A DNA stretch of 64,000 nt from Camelus dromedarius (lineage: Eukaryota), in NCBI RefSeq assembly GCF_036321535.1, contig NC_087437.1:56298001-56362000 (forward strand). The letters run 5' to 3'. Shown here in pieces: positions 27,409 to 39,789 of the stretch; positions within the stretch are counted from its first letter, which is position 1, and each line of letters begins with the position of its first letter. Made by a program: the position numbers and the translations under genes. Under the pieces are notes generated by a model. It was given only the letters and a program-made list of their open reading frames with translations. It ran no database searches and was not told the DNA's origin.

Positions 27409-29253
27409 CTGAAACACATGTTTAGAACAATAAAATCCAAACATCTCATCAGTCTGATCCTTTAATACAAACAAGGCCTAGAGACAATGTGGATTTATAT
27501 CATTTCATTTGCTTTTTTTAATTAAAAGCTCTGCAGCAGAGTCTATTGTTGGTACACAGAATTTTAATTGGAAAAAAAAAAATCTCTGGGTAGATTCTCC
27601 AAATCAGCAGTGACAGGAGATATATATTGTGAGCCAGATTCCTCACCTACGCACCACCATAGGTGGATGTGAAAACATTTTGTTTTTCCTGTGGGCAGAT
27701 TTTGCTTTCTCTAAGCAGCTTTTGTGCACCTCGCATTTTTTTCTTTGTTTTCACATTTTAACTACAGAAAGGAGCTTCATTGCTCATGAATATTATTTGC
27801 AAGCAAAGGACTCAGGTCCCTACATGAAAATTGACGTCCATCCCATCAGCATTAGTAGATGGTAAATATACGCAAGAAGGGGTGATTTTAACCTGCTCTG
27901 AGGCTAAGGTTGATCTAAGATCCATTGACATTGCTGCTGAGATTTAACTTTATCTCTTTATCAAAGAAGAGGTATAAAGTAATAACTTTGATTGCTTTGT
28001 TTTAGAAGACCCAAGTCATAAGCATTATAATGCAATTATCTTAGTTCTCTGTGTCGAGCCTCATAAGTTACAATAAGTCACATCACAGAGGAAAGAGAGT
28101 ACTCCGATCTAGAGGATTTGTTTGTTTTTCTCTTGAACTGAGACCCCTTTCAAGCACAATGAGAAAACTGTTAAATGTCATTTATATAACATTTGAAAAT
28201 TCAGTTGATGAGGTCAGTGAAGTATTTATTTTCCTGGACCCTAACATACAAATATAAATACAAGTAAGAAGTTATGAAATTTAAAATGATAGACTTGGGA
28301 ATTTTCTGTGAGATATATCTTTTTTTTCCCCTTAATCCCAAACTCATCTTCTTCAGCACCTTATATTTACTCTACCAAGTTTATCTGGGCAAAGAGATTT
28401 GTGGAGTTGCAGATGGAGCCATGAATTGGCCATCAGAGAGCATGGTAATGAACGATTTATAAGCACAGAAAATGAGTTGCACTCTCTTATGCTAGAATGC
28501 TGTAAATCGATGTGCATACTAACTGAGAGGGAAATGAACATTCAAATTTTGTCCATAAAGAAAGTTAATTTACGAGTAGATGAAGTCATTTAGAAGCCTA
28601 ACAGATAAACAAATAAAGTTACTTCCCAGTCTTGTGTGCTGTAAGCTAGCAAGCAAAACACAGCATTACATTATTACTACTTCACTGCCAATGTCAGGGT
28701 TCAGAGTTACCATGAAATGGGGAGTGAAGTCTTAATATATTTCAGACCTAAGTCTTTCAGATACATTGTACTCAAGTAACACAGATACAGAGGTGCAGAT
28801 ATTAGGATGAGATGCTGGAGCAGAGAAATCAAAATAAACTCTCAAGTTAGTTCTGTCTGTATTGTTCAGCATTGAAAAAATGTTGAGCCTTAAATATGGC
28901 TTCCAGCAACAGTAAACATGTCTTCAATTAATCCTGACATAGCATTTTATGTCAACAGCACTTCTGATTTTTAAAAATTTTACAGCATAGCAAAGTTAAA
29001 GATTAAATTGCATCCTATTATTTCAATAGAAATAGAACTAAATAAAGAAGACATTAGGAGTAATGTCATTAGCCATTTTGTTTTTCTGTATCTTTAAGAA
29101 ATAACTATAATAAATCATAAGAGGCTGATAACACTTCCTTAAAGAAATCATCTAAATGTTGGAGTAGTTGTTACCCAAACCACAAATCCATAACAAATCA
29201 GATCCTTAGAGTAGTGCCTTTGAAAGTCTTTTCCCCGAAAGAGAGATGGTTAC

Positions 29254-29328
29254 CTGGAATAGTGGCAAACACAAGATTCCTGGTTTTGAGATCACTGAAG
29301 TGACACTTAAAGGTCTGGATCTCGACAT
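29254..29328 (-). CDS. TMEM207: TMEM207 coding exon 1 (75 nt), MSRSRPLSVTSVISKPGILCLPLFQ; signal-peptide region
   Basis: Hand translation of the minus strand from ATG at 29328, ending CAG|GTAACC donor. Closely resembles the human TMEM207 N-terminus as I recall it (MSRSRLFSVTSAISTIGILCLPLFQ). Confidence 0.95.
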
Positions 29329-29620
29329 ACTTAAAGGACAAGCGGCTCAAAGACAGTGGTTTGCCGCCTGTGTTTATCTCCGTCTTTCTCAGAACCTGTT
29401 AGCTTCTCTGTAAGTTATGCTTCCTGCCAGAGCACTCATTAATGCTGGTTCCTTGTGACTGGTAATGTTCGTGCCAGGGGCAGGAATTTGGGGTGCAAGC
29501 TCACAGGTACTGAGAGTTCAAGGAATTTCGGTTTAAGGTCAGAACCTTAATAATGTTCGTCAAGCCCTGAAAAGCCAGGGTTATCCATGCTGACCTGCAA
29601 AACTAGCTGGCTGCTGAAAT
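29329..29620 (-). promoter_or_regulatory. Probable TMEM207 5'UTR and proximal promoter (non-CpG-island)
   Basis: Unique sequence directly upstream of the ATG, bounded by an old L1 at about 29.8 kb. Contains TTAAGGTCA (ERR/NR5A-type site, 29533-29541), AACCTGTT (GRHL-like) and TGTTTAT (forkhead-like). Confidence 0.55.
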
Positions 29621-29799
29621 AACAATGCTCAAGTGCATGGTTTATTCCAGAGTATTTCTGTTGGCTTGTTTGTTGATTTTGTAGAATCTTTATCTGGAGA
29701 ATGCATTTGGTTTTCTTCCCTTTGTTGGTCCTCTTTGCTCTTCTTTTCCTACACATCATTTTCGGTCCCAGGTCTAACCCAACCTTGGGCATAAAGCTT

Positions 29800-30900
29800 T
29801 CTCTGTCTCATAATGATTGCACCTTACTTTTAAACAGTGTATATGCCAAGATTTATTTAAATGAAACAACTCCAACACAACCACCAACAAAAATGTTTAC
29901 AAAAATATCTAGGGAAATCCTGAAAAAGAACAACAAAGAGGCACTAAACTACTATATATTAAAACTAAAACATCATAAAAGTATAAAAAATTATAAACAT
30001 CCTTACTGATGCAAGTAAATAATAAGATAAACATAACAGAATAGAGAGTTCAGAAATAGATGAAAATAAACATAGAGATTTATTTCAGCTGCCATTTCAA
30101 ACCAGTGAGGGATGGATACTATTCAGGGAACAATGAAGAACTGAGAGCTTAGGTGGAAAGAACGTAACAAATGACTTCTGAGGTGCTTAACCACATTCAT
30201 AATTAGATAGATATCAGGTACCATTATAATCAGACTGGCAAGTTCAAAAAATCAGTAACAAAGTGAGGAGAGAGAGAGATGGCGAATCAAATCCTCTCTT
30301 ATATGGTTAAGAAAACTGTACAGCCTCTTTGGAAGATAATTAGGCAGTATCTAGTAACCTAAAAACTAAATATATCCTTTGGCCAAGAATTTCCCCTTCA
30401 GGAAAGTCCCCTGCAGACACTACTGCACATGGCACAAGTGATACCATGCAATGATGTTCGCTGAAGCAGTGTTGGTAATAAAATATTGGAAACAGCAAAT
30501 GTCCATGGAAATGTGACTGGTTAAGTACAAAATGGTTACATCCACTCAACAGAATTCTAGGCCGTTGTTTAGAAAACTGGGGGCAGATCACAGATGCTGA
30601 TAGAGAAAGGCATATAAGAGTTATCACTAAGTAAAAGGAACCAACTGTAGAGTGCCGTGTACACCATGCTGCGTCTTACGCAACAAATAGGGAAGTATAG
30701 CTTACAGTGTTTTCTCTCTACATAGAATCTGCATATATGTGCTTATGTATAAATAGAATGTCTCTGCTTTAAACTATTTAACACTTGTATATCTGTATAA
30801 GGGAAACAAGAGTCTGAGGAAACAAGAGTAGGAGGGAAATTAACCATGCATTACAGATTTCTTGTATCTTTGATTTTATTTTTAATTCTATCAGCTAAAT
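29800..30900 (+). mobile_element. Degraded old L1 (L1ME-like) ORF2 end and 3'UTR
   Basis: acagaatagagagttcagaaataga and ggaaacagcaaatgtcca motifs; no intact ORF. Confidence 0.65.
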
Positions 30901-31887
30901 ATTTTATACACACATACATTTCGAAGGGCCACTTTTGAAGCCAGTCCTCTAGAGTTCAGAACAAGCGTGGTGTAGTTCAAGCCCCAGCATGGGTCACCAA
31001 ATCCAATTCAAATGATGATATGTGGGTGCATTTATGATCAGATATACATAGATGGCACTAGGAACAAACCCAGCCGTGTTAGTTACCTAAACTACTGTGC
31101 TGAACTGGCCATTAAGGTATATGGATTCATTGCGCTGCCTCTGGACGGGCGGAGCCGGCTGTGTGGGGACCTCAGTCTGTTTAGTATGCAGCCACAGACA
31201 CAGCATGAATTTCACAGCAGAGGAAGGGCTTGGTGCCAAGGCCAATAAGGGATAAGTCGAGCAAGCCCACAGTACTTTTTGTCCCTAAGACACCCTCCGT
31301 TTTGCGTGTCTCTGAAGGCTGTAATTAAACAAAATGAAAAATAAGCTTTTCACTGGTGAACTTATGTTTTAGGCAGTCAGAAGCCTGACTTCCGTCAGTG
31401 GAGTCAATGATCTTAAGAATTCCTGGAAAAGGAAGTCAAGGCAGATAAGTAGAAAAGAGATGAAATGGGAACAAGGGCAGCATGTTTGATTTAGCTTTAG
31501 AAACTGGAACTATGGCCAACCAGACACATAGATTCAGTAATTCTGGTGAAAAACACATACAGGATCTGGCAGCAGGTGGCTGACGGGGATTTCGGCAGCT
31601 GATAGGAGTGGAGTCTGGCATCACAAGAGCACTGCAAGTGCCATTACTGTATTTATGATGTAGATGCTAAAATAAAATGCATATTCATCACCACCTTTCT
31701 CTTCACAGGTTGCTGTTTATCTGTTTACCTCTGTGACTTTGCCACAGCACTCCCAAAGGCCAGCACGGTAGATTTTGCCTAAGAGTTTGCACTTTTCCTA
31801 GTGCATTCCCTTCCCAGCTTCATGACAGTTGGATGCTCTTGGAAAAGGAAGTCTGCCCATGAATGTCCCTTTACATGCATAATTTTT

Positions 31888-32047
31888 AAAGCATTTTATT
31901 TTGAGATAATTATAGATTCATATACAGTTTTAAGAAATAATACAGAGGTCCTACGTACCCTTCATCCTGTTTGCCCCAATGGTAACATCTGCCTAACTAT
32001 TGTACAATGTCACAACCGGGACATTGATATTGATATGCTCCACTGCC
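31888..32047 (-). mobile_element. Short L1M (L1MB/MC-like) 3' end with TSD
   Basis: ttttattttgagataattatagattca...ccccaatggtaacatc signature; flanks tgcataattttt (31876-31887) / tgcatgattttt (32048-32059). Confidence 0.75.
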
Positions 32048-33099
32048 TGCATGATTTTTGTAATTTATTTTTTTACCACTTAAAAGTTGTAATTAATCTA
32101 ATAATTTTGTTCAGTTGCATGCTTAAGTGCACGAACTTGTTGTAGTGAGTGACCATCATTAGGAATTCTAGCTGAAGATGGGTGAGGGTGACGCCTATTC
32201 ATAGCATTGTGATCTTTTATGTTGCTATTACTCTATAGACTCCTTATGTTTGAATATAAGGGTGGAAAGAAGTAAGACTCTCAGGAAGAATCAGGGAGAA
32301 GGAGGAGAAGAAGAAGGAGGAGAAGAAGAAGGAGGAGGAAGAGGTGGAGGGATGTGTACTGTGATGATATACGAGATTACACTTAAAAAATTCACTGAGT
32401 ACTTAGATGTTGGACCTATAATTCTTATCTTGGTAACAAGAAAATGGGCAGATATATGGTCAATGGCACAGTGCTGGTCGTTTACTCAGCCTGTCTTCTA
32501 TGCTAAGAGGAAGTAAATCCCACAGGAAAGGATGGACATGAGGGCATATGAAACTATTCTCTGGATTCGGAGCCTGGCAGAAGTTCAAATTCCCTGAAGC
32601 TCTAAAGACAAGTTGCTATTTGTCCTTAAAGGTCATGACATGCAGCTGTTCCAAAAAAAATCTAAGGACCAAAATTCAAGGGATTAAGTAAGAATAAATA
32701 GAAGGTATGAATAGAAGTGGGCAATTCATAATGGAAGGTCCAAAGAACAAGCAAAAAGGCATCAGCCACTCTCTTTATGGAAATTTAAGGCACAAGATCA
32801 GAAGGCCCCAGGCTGAGTCACCACTTCACGGCTAACCACAAGCATGGCAAGGAAACATTCATCTTCTCTAAAAGCTGTGTTTTCTGCAGAACAATGATAA
32901 TAATATTGACTTATCTCCTTCACATAATTTTTTAAAAAGATCAACTTGAAAATATCAACATGAAATCAGATACGGCATAGACACAAAGGATTGATTAGTG
33001 AGACATAATAAAATAAAATAAAATAAACTCCAAAATTAGTTCCGTTCATGGAAACTGTGGGGGGATAGGCTTATGCAAGGAGGACTTTAAATGAGGAAG

Positions 33100-34578
33100 C
33101 ATGTCTGGCTGTCCAGTTTCATCCTTCACTTCTTCTCCCCAGTGAGAAGAAATATTGATCACTTTGCTAAACCAGTGGGAAGTTTTCAGTCTTCATCTTA
33201 CTTGGTCTAACTGGTAGCATTTCAGTTGAATAATCACTTCTTCCTCCTCCTTAAATGGCTTTCTTCTTCTTGCTTTCAGAACAATACATTTCCTGATTGG
33301 CCTCCTACTTTATTGATTGCTTCTCTCCGTCTTACTTGCTGATTTTCCCAGACTTGACATGTTAGGGGTGCTCTCAGTCTAAGCCTCAGAACTCTTTCTT
33401 TTCTATACACATCCACACTTTTGGGAATTTCATTCAACCTCATAGATTATCATCCATAAATTGACAGCTCCAAAACTCACTTCTCCAGTTGAGCTCTCTT
33501 CCTTGAATTCATAACCAACTGCCATGCAGACATTACCATTTGGATATTTTCTAGACTTCTGCAAACAAACTTGCAGCAAATCCAGTTCTGGTTTTCCCCA
33601 TCTGCCCTCTACCTTCTTGTTCTCAAAGATCTTCCCTATATCAGTATACTACAACTCTTTCCTTTTGGTTATTCAGTCCAAAGAGAAGCACAGACAGTTT
33701 TGAATTCTCTCTTTCATATACAATCCCCAATCAATCAGCAAATCCTGTCATCTCTAATTTCAAGGTATATACAGAACCCCCCACTTTTCATTCCCTCCAC
33801 CAGCAACTTTTCACCTGAATTACTCACCAATCATCATCACCTGTCACCTGAATTATTTCAATAGCCTCCTGGCAAGTCCCTCTGTTTTCACACTTGCCTG
33901 CCCACATTCATCTCTCAATACAACAACCACAGTGATGATGCTCTTAACTCTAAGTTGGATCCTGTCACTTCTCTGCACAGAGCTCTCAAGTGGCTTCTAA
34001 TTGCCCTCAAAGTGAAGAAAGGAAGTCCTTGCAATGGGTTACAAAGCCTCACAATGTCTGTTCTTTCTTCCCTTTCTGTCCTCATATTCTACTGGTCTCT
34101 TGACTCACTCACTCTGTTCCCAGTACACTGAAGTCCTTGCTTTTCCTTGACCTTCCCAGGCATTCTCCTGCCTCAGGGCCTTTGCATTTACTCTTCCCTC
34201 AGTCTGCAAGGCACCTCCCTCTTTTATTCTTATGACTTACTCCCTCACCTTTTAAAGCTCTTTGCTCAAAGGCCACATTCTCAGTGAAGGTTTCCCTGAC
34301 CACTATATTTAGTATTACAACAACCTCCTTCCTGGCCAGCACTCCCTATCCTCTTTGTGTAGTTTATGTTTTTCCAAAAAAAAAAAAAAAAATTGGAAAA
34401 TACCTATTTGTCATACTACATTTATGACATCTATTTATTATTTTATCCCCCCTCTGTAATAAAAACATTATGAGGACAGGCAGTTTTATGTATTTTTTTT
34501 CACTGTGTATCTGCAGTCCTAGAACAGTGCCTTTCACATACTAAGCACTCACTAAAGATTTGTTGAATACATGAACTA
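33100..34578 (+). mobile_element. LINE-2 (L2a-like) 3' portion, about 1.4 kb
   Basis: cctgcctcagggcctttgcattt, ttctcagtgaaggtttccctgaccac, and terminal cctagaacagtgcc...atttgttgaat. Confidence 0.85.
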
Positions 34579-37500
34579 ATTGATCAGTTAAGGTACGAGT
34601 GCATGAGCTGGCTTAGAGACTGGCTGAAGAGCATTTCATACGGCCGGCTTACTCTACGGACAACAAGCCGCTTGTGAGAGCAGGGGACCAGCCATTCTTC
34701 TACAGTGAAGGCATCTTCCAGATTGTATGAGAGAGGAAAAGTAAGCACAAGTGGAGGGTCCCTTTTCCTGGGATTTTCTGACCATGCTACTGTTACATCA
34801 ACATAAGAAAGTATCAACCCAGAAAAACCCAGAGGAAAGAAGAGAACTGGAATTAATAAAAAAGATTTAATTGTTGGATAAACCTAAGATCAGCTCAGGG
34901 AGATAGAATCTCTACAGCTTTTTGGATGGAAAAACTTGACATTGGTTTGTTCTACACTCATTACTAGATTGTAGAGGCCATGTCTGAAATGGACCATTAA
35001 ATGTAGTCCTTTGCAGATTTAACACAAATTATATCACTCTGAAGAGTGCTTTGACATAACTTAGAGTTAAACATTTGCTGTAAATGCCACTGTTTACGGT
35101 AATAATTGACAAACCATGCTTAGGTTAGATGTGAGTAAGAGTAAGAGTTGTTTTATTAACTGGTAACATTATTGAATTCCTGAAAATTGCAAATTCTGGT
35201 TGTGTTTTAAAAACCATTGGTTTAACATTGCATTTGCTAAACAGCTGAGTTTGTTGCTCTGTTAAATATAGTGTGACAGATATTAAACTCTAATTCTTAG
35301 TTCCTTTCACAAATTTCAGTGGAATTTTTTTCTTGTCAAATATTAAAAGTTTAGGATTCTAAGTCCCAAAGTTGATTTTACAAAACATTACTCAAATCTT
35401 TGTGAATGTGAGAGATATATATTCTTAGTTTTCTTTTATATCTCACATCACTTCCCTCCCTACTTTCATTTTGAGGTGCCTGATTTTTTTTCTCCTTGTC
35501 CCAAAAAAATAAGAGTCAAAGTTTCTTTAAAAAGAATAATAGAAAAAATACATTTGAACTGTTTGGTTGTGTTAAATCCAGAGGAGGTAATGGGAGAATT
35601 CAGAGTTTATCCATGTTGCCATGACAGTAAAAGGCAAATGTGGCTTGTTTGGACCAATTATCCATATGGAAATTGGCTCAGTTTGGTTTGTAGAAAGAAT
35701 ATACCCTTTGGGAGGTTTATTTTATTTCCATATCTTGCATTGACAAAATAACCGTGGCTTTCTTGTCCAAAGAAGTTGTACTCACTGTAGCTACTAATTG
35801 CTGAGTCTCTGACACCTGGCGAAGCAATTTACAAACATTGTGTCACTTAAACCTTGCCCTACTTCATCTTCTTGTAAAGCCACTCCACTTTACAGATGGA
35901 AAAAGTAAAACTATGGAACTTAGGTTACTTGCCAAATTCACACAGCTAGGAAGTAACAGAGGTGGAACTGAAACCGATGACTGTGACCAACAGCCCAATG
36001 TAGACACAATGCTCTTCTTTTCCCTTTAACTTCCACTTTTTGCCTTTTAGACACGGTGCAGTCACCATTCTGTTACTGAAGAATATCAGTGATGGTTACC
36101 CCACAAGATTTTCTTCCACAGACCTTTGTCAGTACAGGCTGACTGGAATAAGTTTTCTTTGATAACTGTGTAAAGAAAATTGGAATTTATAGAGATAGCA
36201 ATTACTGTTGCACTGGAGAGAGCTGAAAACAATGATGTCTATCTACTCCAAATCTACTCTGCCCTTCTTATAACACTGGTTTTATTGAACCATTTATTCT
36301 TGTAACCTCATTGGTAGCTCAACCATTGGTGCTGTCCATTCATTCACCTTGTTAATAATTAGTTTGGGCACAGTATGTGACCCAAAATGTATTATAAAGG
36401 ATGCAAAGAGGTAAATTGAAGTGCAAGGGCATCTCAGGTGGAAATAGAGTAAGCAAAGGTACAGACAGGGAATGGCAACCAGGGACTCCAATGGAGCTAG
36501 AATCAGGAATATAGGACCAGACTACGGACGCCTTTGATATCAGAATAAAGAGACTGGACAAGTCTTTCCCTCCAGGAAATGAAACTGCTTAAACGATTTT
36601 GGGGTAAGATGACACAATGATCAGTGTCTCATCTAGAGATGACCCTGGCTGGAGAAAATGTCAGGTGACGTATTTGCAGTTATTAACTTCTAAATCCAGA
36701 AAATGACTACATGTACTTCAGCATATTATTAATAATTAATCATGTGTTTACATAGTTTTTACTCAGATGTTTCACATACTAATAATTAACCTGATTTCTA
36801 ACAGAATGATGAAAATAATTTAGACTTTAAATGTACCAAAATGTCAGAGAAACAAAATACTCATGTTCCTATCACATGAATTTGTCAGGAATTCTCTTAA
36901 ATGAGGAATGTGAGAGAGAATAAAAGACTGACTCCTGCATGCCCTAGGGAACAATTTATGCTCCATGGAGTCTACATTCCACTGCAGCCAAGGAAAGGAG
37001 CACTTTGTCTTTGTAATTTAGACTATAATTTGGGTTGTGATAGGGTGACACTAAGTGGCTGAAAAGGGAAAGGCTTAGTCAATAGAAATCAAAATAAGAA
37101 CAAAAAATTGCACTTGTGGTGACATTTATTACTCCCAGGCAACAGCATTAGGAAATTATACTCATGGAAGCCCAGAATCATTAAAGAAATCAACAACTAG
37201 CAATTTCTCTCCTTCTGAGTAGCTTAAATCTCATCCATTCTTATAAATGGATGATAAAAGCCAATGGAAACTGAATCACATAAGATGAATTGGTAAATAC
37301 AATTTTTTTCCTTTTAAATAAAATATGTGTGTGTGTATCTTCTGCTATTGCATTTCCTGACTCAAAAGTAAATTTATTAGATAACACTTTTTTCCTTTTT
37401 GGTGTTATTAATAATAATAGTAAATTAATAATAATTTTTTCTTTTCAGCTTATAAAACTTACAATGGATTTTCAATTCACTATCTCTGACTAAATTCACT

Positions 37501-38189
37501 CAAATAAAGAAATATATACATAGTATTTAACTGAGATATTGCTTTTGGACCCCTTCAAAAATTTCTACCTGAAAGTAGAAGGAAGCATTTTTCCATCTGG
37601 CAAACTTCATAGTCATTTGTTTTGTTATTTGCTTAGTGCTTTTAGAACTTACTTTTTAAAACTAATTATATATTTACTCACTGAAAATCAAAAGGACTTC
37701 CTAGTCCAAAATTCTTTCATTCATTATTTATTTAGTCATTTGTTTTTCCATCCAGTAAATATTAGGTTGAGCCATATAAAATTGTTATTTTTTACTGGTT
37801 AATTTAAAATGGCTAAATACTGGCAATTACATATTATTCAATCCACTATTCATTAAACTCTTCTAGATGATGGTGATAGATATATGGTATCTCTGTTCTG
37901 ACCTCTGATGTGTGACCCATCATTCTAACATGAACAACTTCCACTGAGACAGCCCTTTTTATCTTTGGATAATTTGCATAAAATGCAGAGCTTTTCTTCC
38001 TTAAGTTGATCTAAGTCTTGCTTTCTGGACCTTCTACATACTGGTTCTAGTTCTGGCTTTTGAAGCCACAAAAATAACCAAATCTACTCCATGTTTATAT
38101 ATGATTAGTCTCTGAATATCAGAAAGTCAACTGCACTTATTTCTGCACGTATTTTGTGAGTTTACCCTCCCTGGATTAAACATTGTAGT

Positions 38190-39000
38190 TGCGTCACCTG
38201 AAATATGGTCATTTCAAAGTGGCACTGGAAAATGTTGGCCACTGTATCTTCTTGTTATTTCACATCTCTGAGCTTCTGTAATATCTCTCTTCTGGCTTTC
38301 TTCCTGCCTCTCAGATTCTCCTTCATTTTCTCTGGACTATTTTTCTTATACTCACCCTTCAATATCATTGTTAGCAGTAGCTCATCCTTAGCCGTTTGCC
38401 TTGTTCACAGAAGGAACCCTGGATGCCCTCATCCCGAGCCTTGGCTTCAGCTTTCATCCACGTGCTAAGTGTTTCCAGCTCTAGATGAAAACTCTCTGAA
38501 CCATAGACCTATGTGTTCAACTGCCCTATAGATATCTCTACTTGGAAGTTTCACTGATACTAAGCATATCCACAGCTCATGTATACGCAGTACATGATCT
38601 TATATTAATCAATTGATCTGTATTCTTTGTGTGTTATTTTTCTACTTACCCCATCACTCAAGGCAGAAACACAGACGCCCTCTGACATCATTCTCATTCC
38701 CTGCCCATCCCCACCCCACACACAGAAAAGCACTTAATCGATAATGAATGCAAATTCTATCTCCTTAGTGGCTCCCAAAACCATCCCTTCTTATTTGTAC
38801 TAGTTCAGGACTGAATCTCTGTAATATGTTCTTTTGTACTTTGCATTGTTTTTACTACTCTCAGCGCCCTCTCACCTCTCTCAACCTCTCCCAATGTAAT
38901 TTTCCAGGTAGACTGATCTTTCAAAGCTGTAAAATTGATCAAATACTTCTGTTTCTCAAATATATACATTGGCTTTCAGGATAAAGTTTAAGCTCCAATT
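38190..39000 (+). mobile_element. LINE-2 fragment
   Basis: Pyrimidine-rich L2 phrases (caactgccctatagatatctctacttgga, ctcaaggcagaaac). Confidence 0.6.
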
Positions 39001-39006
39001 TAGTAC

Positions 39007-39240
39007 AAAAAAAAAAAAAAAAGAGTGAGAGAGAGAGAGAAGTAAGAGGAGGGAGGTGAAGCATTTCAACATCTTAAGGGGTCAACTTAATTGTTCTCCA
39101 GTGTGGATGTGGAGAGAGCGTATTAGAAAAAGAGGAAGACAAGGAGAGAGGAAAGGAGGGAAAAAAGAGGAGGAAGAAGAAGAGAAGGAAGGAGAAGGAG
39201 GGGGAGGGACAGGGGGAGGAGAAGAGAAGAAAAGAAAAGA
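39007..39240. repeat. Poly-A, (GA)n and GGA/GAA polypurine low-complexity tract
   Basis: Direct reading; a similar (GGA/GAA)n tract lies at 32294-32351. Confidence 0.9.
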
Positions 39241-39789
39241 TGGGCCGAAGTTAGAAAGATAACCAAGTGAGCTTACTACCTAAGCTACCTGGAAGTGGGA
39301 GGTAGAAGAGAGAGCTCAGCACACCTGGGTCCCGATAGGAGCGGCGGCCTGAGTCAACCCACCTATCCAAATACTTAGAAAAAATTATAGTGATGGAGGT
39401 AAATGGCTTTTTTTCACTCTTAACCTGTCCAGCAATCTCTTTCCCATAGGACCCTCATTGCCCTGAAGTCTGACCCATCTGAATAGATTTCCATTTTGCC
39501 TGGATAAGGATAAAGGGACAAAGTATTTGCTAGATGGAGGGGGTAAACTTTTCCCTCCTTTTAACTATTCCTTTCAATTCACCATTTTCTTATAAAATTA
39601 GGCAAGTGATAAATTACCCATCCTCTGTTTAATGAATCCACCTGTTTGCATTTTCCTATCTTATCTAAAATTCACTAAGACTATAGTATTGTCAGATCTA
39701 ACAGTTATACAAAGCTGTCTGAAAAATTAAATAGGTAAACTGGAAAGAACCTATTCCTTAATGAAAAATTTACCTCACTTCACTTTTAT

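Noticed and set aside
39056..39262. E/G/K-rich ORF (similar at 32250-32516)
   Set aside because: Translation of polypurine simple repeats.
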